A model generated the notes under the pieces. It was not told where the DNA came from, made no database searches, and was given only the letters and a program-made list of their open reading frames with translations. Below, one piece after another: positions 58,523 to 64,000 of a DNA stretch of 64,000 bases. Source of the DNA: an uncultured Flavobacteriaceae bacterium (GTDB lineage: Bacteria > Bacteroidota > Bacteroidia > AKYH767-A > OLB10); NCBI GenBank assembly GCA_964432885.1, contig CAYSPG010000010.1:10708-74707 (forward strand), given 5' to 3'. How positions within the stretch are numbered: position 1 is the first letter of the stretch; each line of letters opens with the position of its first letter. The position numbers and the translations under genes were made by a program.

Positions 58523-59251
58523 ATGTTTGGTAACTATTTTTCTATCCCATTTATCCGCATATTTTTATGTATGGTGTTTTTATTTGCTTCCCCGTTTCTA
58601 TTTGCACAAGAAAAAAAAGTGCTGAACTTACCAAAGTACGACAGGCAAAAAATACACTTTGGTTTTTTGCTTGGGGTAAACAAAACCGATTTTGTGATAA
58701 AGCGCATTGATGATTTTAATTTGCTCGATTCGCTTTACACTGTTGAGTCAGATGGGCAAAGCGGATTTAATTTGCAGATTATTTCAAACTTAAGGCTTGG
58801 CGAAAATTTTGATTTGCGTTTTTTGCCCGGTCTTTCATTTGCTACACGCAATCTTAATTACACTTTTGTTGAAGCACCTGGAAAAAAAAGCCTTGTGATA
58901 AAGAAGGTGGAATCAACTTTTTTGGATTTTCCTGTGCATGTAAAATTTAAGTCGGCAAGGTTAAATAATTTCAGGGCGTATGTAATTGCAGGAGGAAAGT
59001 ACAGTATTGATATGGTATCACAGGCTAAGGTTAAGGCTAAGGACAAAGAGTTTGTGAAACTGCAACGGCAAGATTACGGATACGAAATTGGAATAGGTGT
59101 TGATTTTTACATGCCTATGTTTAAACTATCGCCTGAAATAAAAATGTATCACGGCCTGCGCAATCTTTTGGTAAAAGACGATTTGATTTATTCCCAATCC
59201 TTAGATGCGCTGTACTCAAAAATTTTTACGTTTTCGCTAACATTCGAATAG
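58523..59251 (+). CDS. PorT-family / OMP_b-brl_2 outer-membrane beta-barrel protein (possible T9SS component PorT/SprT)
   Basis: About 242 aa from the ATG at 58523 (MFGNYFSIPFIRIFLCMVFLFASPFLFAQ signal). Amphipathic beta-strands run throughout and the C-terminal residue is aromatic (TFSLTFE). The gene follows ubiE. Confidence 0.5.
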   Translation: MFGNYFSIPFIRIFLCMVFLFASPFLFAQEKKVLNLPKYDRQKIHFGFLLGVNKTDFVIKRIDDFNLLDSLYTVESDGQSGFNLQIISNLRLGENFDLRFLPGLSFATRNLNYTFVEAPGKKSLVIKKVESTFLDFPVHVKFKSARLNNFRAYVIAGGKYSIDMVSQAKVKAKDKEFVKLQRQDYGYEIGIGVDFYMPMFKLSPEIKMYHGLRNLLVKDDLIYSQSLDALYSKIFTFSLTFE

Positions 59252-59255
59252 CGTT

Positions 59256-60416
59256 TTAAAAAAGTATGTCAGGTTTTTTATCCATCACCTGCACACCTAA
59301 AATTTCTTTTAGTTTATCAATGCTAAAATCAATTTCGGCTTGTGTTGTGTATCGGCTAAATGAAAAGCGCATTGCAGGCCTGTCAGGATTTGCATTAATG
59401 CCTTTTAAAACATGCGAGCCCACATTGCTGCCCGATGAACAAGCACTGCCACCCGAAACAGCTATGCCTGCAATATCCATATTAAACAACAACATTTCGC
59501 CACCATCATTGGGCGGAAATGAAACGTTTAACACCGTATATAAACTGTTATCGCTTGTGTCGCCATTAAATTCAACACCGGGTATTTCATCGGCAATGCG
59601 TGTGCGCATGTAATTTTTTAACCCTCGAATTTTTTCTGCATCTTCATTCATTTCGGCATACGCAAGTTCAAGCGCTTTGGCAAGACCCACAATGCCATAC
59701 ACGTTTTCGGTGCCACCGCGCATGTTGCGTTCCTGTGCACCACCGGTAATAAATGGAGAAATTTTTAAGCGGTTGCTGATGTATAAAAAGCCAACTCCCT
59801 TTGGGCCATGAAATTTGTGAGCAGCACAGGTAATAAAATCAACATGTATTTTTTTTACATCGTGTGTAAAATGTCCCATGGTTTGAACGGTATCGCAATG
59901 AAAAACGGCATTGTATTTTTTACACAATTCGCCCACGCGTTCGATGTCGGTAACGGTTCCTATTTCGTTATTGGCATGCATTAATGAAACAAAACTTTTT
60001 TCATTATCAGCCAATAGTTTTTCTAAATGGTTGTAATCCACATTTCCTTTTTCATCAATGTTTACCCAGCTAAGTTTTATAGTGCCGCGGTGTTCCATTT
60101 CTTCAAGCGTGTGCGTTACAGCATGGTGCTCGATGGAAGAAGTAATGGCATGTTTGATGTTGTGGTCGGCAATGGTGCATCGTATGGCAGTATTGTTAGC
60201 CTCAGTGCCACCTGATGTAAAAAATATTTCGGATGGGGAAGCATTGATAAGTGCTGCAACGCTTTTGCGCGCCTTTTCAATAATGGTGCGCACTTCACGA
60301 CCATACGAATGTATGGATGATGGATTGCCAAACTGATTCATCATAACAGGCACCATGGCATCAACCACTTCCTTGCGAAGGGGGGTGGTGGCTGCGTTGT
60401 CTAAATAAATTTTCAT
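59256..60416 (-). CDS. cysteine desulfurase (class V aminotransferase, IscS/NifS-like)
   Basis: 386 aa with MKIYLDNAATTP..., the PLP lysine region SFSAHKFHGPKGVG and the active-site Cys loop SGGSACSSG. Confidence 0.85.
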   Translation of the reverse strand: MKIYLDNAATTPLRKEVVDAMVPVMMNQFGNPSSIHSYGREVRTIIEKARKSVAALINASPSEIFFTSGGTEANNTAIRCTIADHNIKHAITSSIEHHAVTHTLEEMEHRGTIKLSWVNIDEKGNVDYNHLEKLLADNEKSFVSLMHANNEIGTVTDIERVGELCKKYNAVFHCDTVQTMGHFTHDVKKIHVDFITCAAHKFHGPKGVGFLYISNRLKISPFITGGAQERNMRGGTENVYGIVGLAKALELAYAEMNEDAEKIRGLKNYMRTRIADEIPGVEFNGDTSDNSLYTVLNVSFPPNDGGEMLLFNMDIAGIAVSGGSACSSGSNVGSHVLKGINANPDRPAMRFSFSRYTTQAEIDFSIDKLKEILGVQVMDKKPDILF

Positions 60417-60616
60417 TTTATCAACGAATAAAATTAACGAATTACATTTTAAATATCAACGAATACGAACCCCAAAGTTCTGGGACCAATGAACGAATAG
60501 CAACTATTAAACAATTTATAGGTTCAAATATCTGAAAAAATAATTTGCATAACGACTGGCATGAAACAATTCGATGATTCGCCCCGATGTTTCGGGGTTC
60601 GTAGTCGTTGGTATTT

Positions 60617-62026
60617 CTAAACCTTTGCCATTTTTTGATTTATCAATTCCTTGATATCGTTAATTATTTTCTCAGCAAGATTTTCTGCAGTGGTTTCGCT
60701 TTCGCTTTCGGCATAAATGCGGATGATGGGTTCGGTGTTTGATTTGCGCAGGTGTACCCATTCTTTGTCAAATTCAATTTTTACTCCATCAATGGTGTTT
60801 ATCTTTTTCTTTTTGTATTTGTCTTTTATTTGCGCCAGCACATTGTCAACATTTATATCGGGTGTAAGTTCTATTTTGTTTTTTGAAATAAAATAATCAG
60901 GGTAAATGCTGCGCAACATACTGCAAGATTTACCAAACTGCGCCAGATGACTTAAAAACAAAGCAATTCCAACCAGTGCATCGCGGCCATAGTGCAATTC
61001 AGGGTAAATAATTCCGCCATTTCCTTCGCCACCAATAACAGCGTTTACTTCTTTCATCATGGTTACCACGTTTACCTCGCCAACGGCAGATGCAAAATAA
61101 TTTCCTCCTGCTTTTTCGGTTACATCGCGCAAAGCACGTGTACTCGAAAGATTTGAAACCGTATCGCCCTTATTAGTTTTTAAAATGTAATCGGCTACAG
61201 CTACCAGTGTGTATTCTTCGCCAAACATGTCGCCATCTTCGCAAACGATAGCAAGGCGATCAACATCAGGGTCAACACTAAATCCTAAATGCGCTTTCTT
61301 TTTTACTACTGTTTTTGAAAGTTCGGTTAAGTGTTCGGGCAATGGCTCCGGGTTGTGAGGAAAATTTCCATCAGGCTCGCAATAAAGCTCAATAACTTCT
61401 TCAACACCTAACGCTTTTAACAAGGGTGGCAATGCAATGCCTCCGCTTGAGTTTACACAATCAATTACTATTTTAAATTTTTTGTCTTTAATGGCTTTGG
61501 TATTTACCAAAGGTAGTGCAAGTATTGCGTTAATGTGTTTTTGCAAAGCATCTCCATCATAAGTAATTTTACCAAGTGTGTTTACATTCGCAAATTCAAA
61601 CATGCAGTCTTCGGCAAGTTTCAGTACCTTTTCGCCATCGGCTGAGCTTATAAATTCACCCCGCTGGTTTAAAAGTTTTAGCGCATTCCACTGTTTAGGG
61701 TTGTGGCTTGCAGTAAGTATTATACCGCCATGCGCCTTATGACTTACCACACTCATTTCAACGGTAGGCGTGGTGCTTAAACCTACATCTACAATATCAA
61801 TACCTAAACCCATTAATGTTCCGGTAACTAAATTTTGAACCATCGGGCCGCTAAGTCGTGCATCGCGGCCAATAACTACTTTGCATTTTGTTTTAGGTTC
61901 ATGTTGTTGCAATATCCAGTAGCCGTAAGCGGCAGAAAATTTTACAATGTCAATAGGGGTAAGGGCATTGCCTTGAGCACCTCCAATAGTGCCGCGAATA
62001 CCCGATATGGATTTTATTAAACTCAC
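60617..62026 (-). CDS. glmM: phosphoglucosamine mutase / phosphohexomutase family
   Basis: The active-site Ser loop GGIILTASHNP and the ISGIRGT N-terminus are present. The ORF-track start at 62056 is a TTG; an in-frame GTG at 62026 gives the canonical (M)SLIKSISGIRGT start. The start is uncertain. Confidence 0.7.
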   Translation of the reverse strand: MSLIKSISGIRGTIGGAQGNALTPIDIVKFSAAYGYWILQQHEPKTKCKVVIGRDARLSGPMVQNLVTGTLMGLGIDIVDVGLSTTPTVEMSVVSHKAHGGIILTASHNPKQWNALKLLNQRGEFISSADGEKVLKLAEDCMFEFANVNTLGKITYDGDALQKHINAILALPLVNTKAIKDKKFKIVIDCVNSSGGIALPPLLKALGVEEVIELYCEPDGNFPHNPEPLPEHLTELSKTVVKKKAHLGFSVDPDVDRLAIVCEDGDMFGEEYTLVAVADYILKTNKGDTVSNLSSTRALRDVTEKAGGNYFASAVGEVNVVTMMKEVNAVIGGEGNGGIIYPELHYGRDALVGIALFLSHLAQFGKSCSMLRSIYPDYFISKNKIELTPDINVDNVLAQIKDKYKKKKINTIDGVKIEFDKEWVHLRKSNTEPIIRIYAESESETTAENLAEKIINDIKELINQKMAKV

Positions 62027-62207
62027 GGTAAAAGCTGTTTTTAAATTTCGGGGCAAATATAGAAAACACGCGACCTTTAGCCCCTGTTAGTTTTCAACAG
62101 AAAAATGGTTTAAAGTTGTTGAAAGAAAAATGCTATGGAGTAAACGAACAAAAAAGGTATTGCAAAAATTGTTTTATACTTTATAAGGGGTTATATTTTT
62201 AAAAAGA

Positions 62208-63134
62208 TCAATACATTTTTTCTCTTTTTAGCAAGTATGGTAAAAGCACTTGCTTGTATCCTTCATTTATATCGGCTTCTACAAAGTCTATTTTATACTG
62301 TGCGCATTTTGCCGACAGCGATTTTTTAAAATTACCAATTGCCTCTAAATATTTGTCTCGTACCTGATTGCTGTGCACTTTTACCTCTTCGCCTGTTTCA
62401 ACGTCAATAAACTGATAGGGCCTGTTTTCAAAGTTAAATTCAAGCTCACGTTTTTTATCGGTTACATGAAATAAAATAACTTCGTCCTTATTATGTTTTA
62501 AGTGCTGCAATCCTTTAAACAATGCGTCCTGCTCGCCCACGTTTTCGAACATGTCGCTAAAAATTATTACCAGCGAACGCTTGTGTATTTCTTCTGAAAT
62601 GTGATGAAGCGCATCGGCTGCCGAAGTTTTTTGATGCAACGTTTTAGGTTTGTCAATAAGTTCTTCAAGTCGTGCAAACAAAAGTTTTTGATGCACATGG
62701 CTTGACCGGGCAGGGGTTTTTAAATCAATTTTATCGGTAAATACCGTAATGCCTACAGCATCGCGCTGTTGCTTCATCATATAAATAATTGCAGCAGCGC
62801 AATGAACCGAAAAATTTATTTTGTTTAATATTTTTTGGTTTCGTTTATCACTTTCAGGGTAATGCATGCTCGAGCTATTGTCTATCACAATTTGGCAACG
62901 CAAATTGGTTTCTTCCTCGTAGCGTTTAATAAAAAGTTTGTCGGTTCTGCCAAAAAGTTTCCAGTCAATATGGCGGGTGCTTTCACCGGTGTTATAAAGC
63001 CTGTGTTCGGCAAACTCAACACTAAATCCATGAAACGGGCTTTTATGTAAACCCGTAATAAAACCCTCAACCACCTGTTTGGCTAATAGCTCAAGGTGAC
63101 TAAGGGTTTGAACTTCAGAGTTGTTTATGGGCAA
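62208..63134 (-). CDS. DUF58-domain protein (vWA-like, usually MoxR-associated)
   Basis: 308 aa with [48 protein letters not shown], typical of DUF58. The only available start is a TTG at 63134. Confidence 0.7.
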   Translation of the reverse strand: [308 protein letters not shown]

Positions 63135-63140
63135 GTAAAT

Positions 63141-63180
63141 GAGTTTGAAGTTTGAAGTTTGTGGTTTGAGGTTTTGTTTA
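63141..63180 (-). repeat. tandem heptanucleotide array (AAACNNN)x5-6 abutting the DUF58 start codon (sense strand)
   Basis: In the minus-strand sense: AAAC ctc AAAC cac AAAC ttc AAAC ttc AAAC tca tttac-TTG. On the plus strand, GTTT recurs at 63143, 63150, 63157, 63164 and 63171. Confidence 0.55.
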
Positions 63181-63209
63181 ACAACCCCAAACCACTAACA
63201 TCAAACTGT

Positions 63210-63530
63210 TTAAACTAACTGAGCATCTAACTTTTTTGACAACACCGATTTTGGCACAGCGCCTACTTGCTTATCCACAATTTGCCCGTTTTTAAAAAAC
63301 AAAAGAGCAGGTATGTTTCTAATGCCAAATTGCATGCTAATGTTTGGATTGTTATCCACATCCACCTTACCAACAATTGCTTTGCCTTCATAGTCTTTAG
63401 CAAGTTCTTCCACTATTGGGCCTACCATACGACAGGGGCCGCACCATTCTGCCCAAAAATCTACCAATACGGGTTTGTCTGATTTTAATACCAACTCATC
63501 AAAGTTGCTGTCTGTTAATTGTAATGCCAT
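63210..63530 (-). CDS. trxA: thioredoxin
   Basis: 106 aa with the WCGPC active site ([14 protein letters not shown]). Confidence 0.9.
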   Translation of the reverse strand: MALQLTDSNFDELVLKSDKPVLVDFWAEWCGPCRMVGPIVEELAKDYEGKAIVGKVDVDNNPNISMQFGIRNIPALLFFKNGQIVDKQVGAVPKSVLSKKLDAQLV

Positions 63531-63541
63531 AATTATATATT

Positions 63542-63576
63542 TGTTAAAGTTTAATGTTTAAAGTTTAATGTTTGCC
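63542..63576 (-). repeat. tandem heptanucleotide array (AAACNTT)x4-5 in the trxA leader (sense strand)
   Basis: In the minus-strand sense: gggc AAAC att AAAC ttt AAAC att AAAC ttt AACA aat atataatt-ATG. Confidence 0.55.
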
Positions 63577-63808
63577 CGAATGAACCTCTTTGGAGGGGTT
63601 TGAAATTAGTCAACAAATATACCAAACTCAAATTAGGTACATAATGTCAGTTGATGAGATATAACATATTTTTTAGCAAGATGTTTTAGTTCTGCCACAT
63701 CGAAAGTAAAATAGTAATTTGGCAGGTATAAAATTGAAAAAACAAATCTGTTAAAGTTGAATTACCAAAAATAAATTACCCCGTTATTTAAAGCGCATAA
63801 CAAAAAAT

Positions 63809-64000
63809 ATGTATGTACCTTTTGAAAAACTACCTGGTACTTCCAGAATTTGGATTTATCAAAGCAACAAAGAGTTGAATGAAGCTGAAGTTTCGGAAAT
63901 AAAATTGGCTGGAAAAAATTTTGTTGCGGAGTGGACAGCACATCAGCAAACATTGCATGCCAGTTTTGAGTTGCTGCATAAATATTTTTTACTTATTGCT
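63809..64000 (+). CDS. hypothetical protein, N-terminal 64 aa only (continues beyond the window end)
   Basis: ATG at 63809. MYVPFEKLPGTSRIWIYQSNKELNEAEVSEIKLAGKNFVAEWTAHQQTLHASFELLHKYFLLIA stays open to the end of the window. Confidence 0.35.
   Translation, partial: MYVPFEKLPGTSRIWIYQSNKELNEAEVSEIKLAGKNFVAEWTAHQQTLHASFELLHKYFLLIA

Noticed and set aside
60575-60601. Hairpin GCCCCGATGTTTCGGGGTTCG downstream of glmM as an intrinsic terminator
   Set aside because: The stem is only 6 bp and no U-tract follows on either strand. It is left uncalled as a terminator.
3201-62056. ORF-track N-terminal extensions (sucC 3201, OMP 13665, ubiE 57724, PorT-like 58499, glmM 62056)
   Set aside because: Their first codons are TTG. 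In-frame ATG or GTG codons downstream give canonical N-termini or signal peptides, so trimmed coordinates were reported.
1-64000. Mobile elements, integrases, transposases, tRNA or rRNA genes
   Set aside because: No transposase or integrase motifs (DDE, tyrosine recombinase R-H-R-Y) were seen. No tRNA-like T-arm or acceptor signatures and no rRNA-like sequence were seen. The island character of the T9SS region is inferred only from gene content.

Overview
A Bacteroidota-type chromosomal segment of about 40% GC, with three kinds of content. (1) Ordinary housekeeping genes. These are aspS (partial, starting at the window edge), an arginase/agmatinase-family enzyme, sucC and sucD (separated and on opposite strands), rplU-rpmA, hmgA, an rpe-MazG-like-GT2 operon, guaB, the paaG-like/paaA/B/C/D phenylacetate-CoA oxygenase genes, an aspartate aminotransferase, an rfaE-type heptose kinase overlapping menG/ubiE, a PorT-family beta-barrel, a cysteine desulfurase, glmM, DUF58 and trxA. 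(2) A dense set of about 10 genes encoding proteins with C-terminal type IX secretion (T9SS) sorting domains. These include a 1533-aa protein with four MAM-like repeats, and a 17-kb island at 37.2-54.6 kb holding four giant cargo genes. The four are SprB-repeat/Ig-like (1659 aa), beta-helix-like (1429 aa), an arylsulfotransferase-like propeller (about 530 aa) and a GEVED-domain protein (1418 aa). (3) Several unusual non-coding signals. Tandem heptanucleotide (AAACNNN)n arrays sit directly upstream of the start codons of four unrelated genes. A strongly G-poor 450-bp tract with 42-bp tandem repeats interrupts the T9SS island. Octamer- and heptamer-phased repeat arrays occur in paa intergenic spacers. 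Palindromic operator-like sites lie next to an XRE regulator. A weak terminator-like hairpin sits between a small upstream peptide ORF and sucC. A 1007-aa ABC-G-like transporter carries N-terminal TerB-like and FHA-like modules. No rRNA, tRNA, CRISPR, transposase or integrase was recognised. Many ORF-track starts are TTG or GTG artefacts; corrected starts are given where I could verify them in the sequence.
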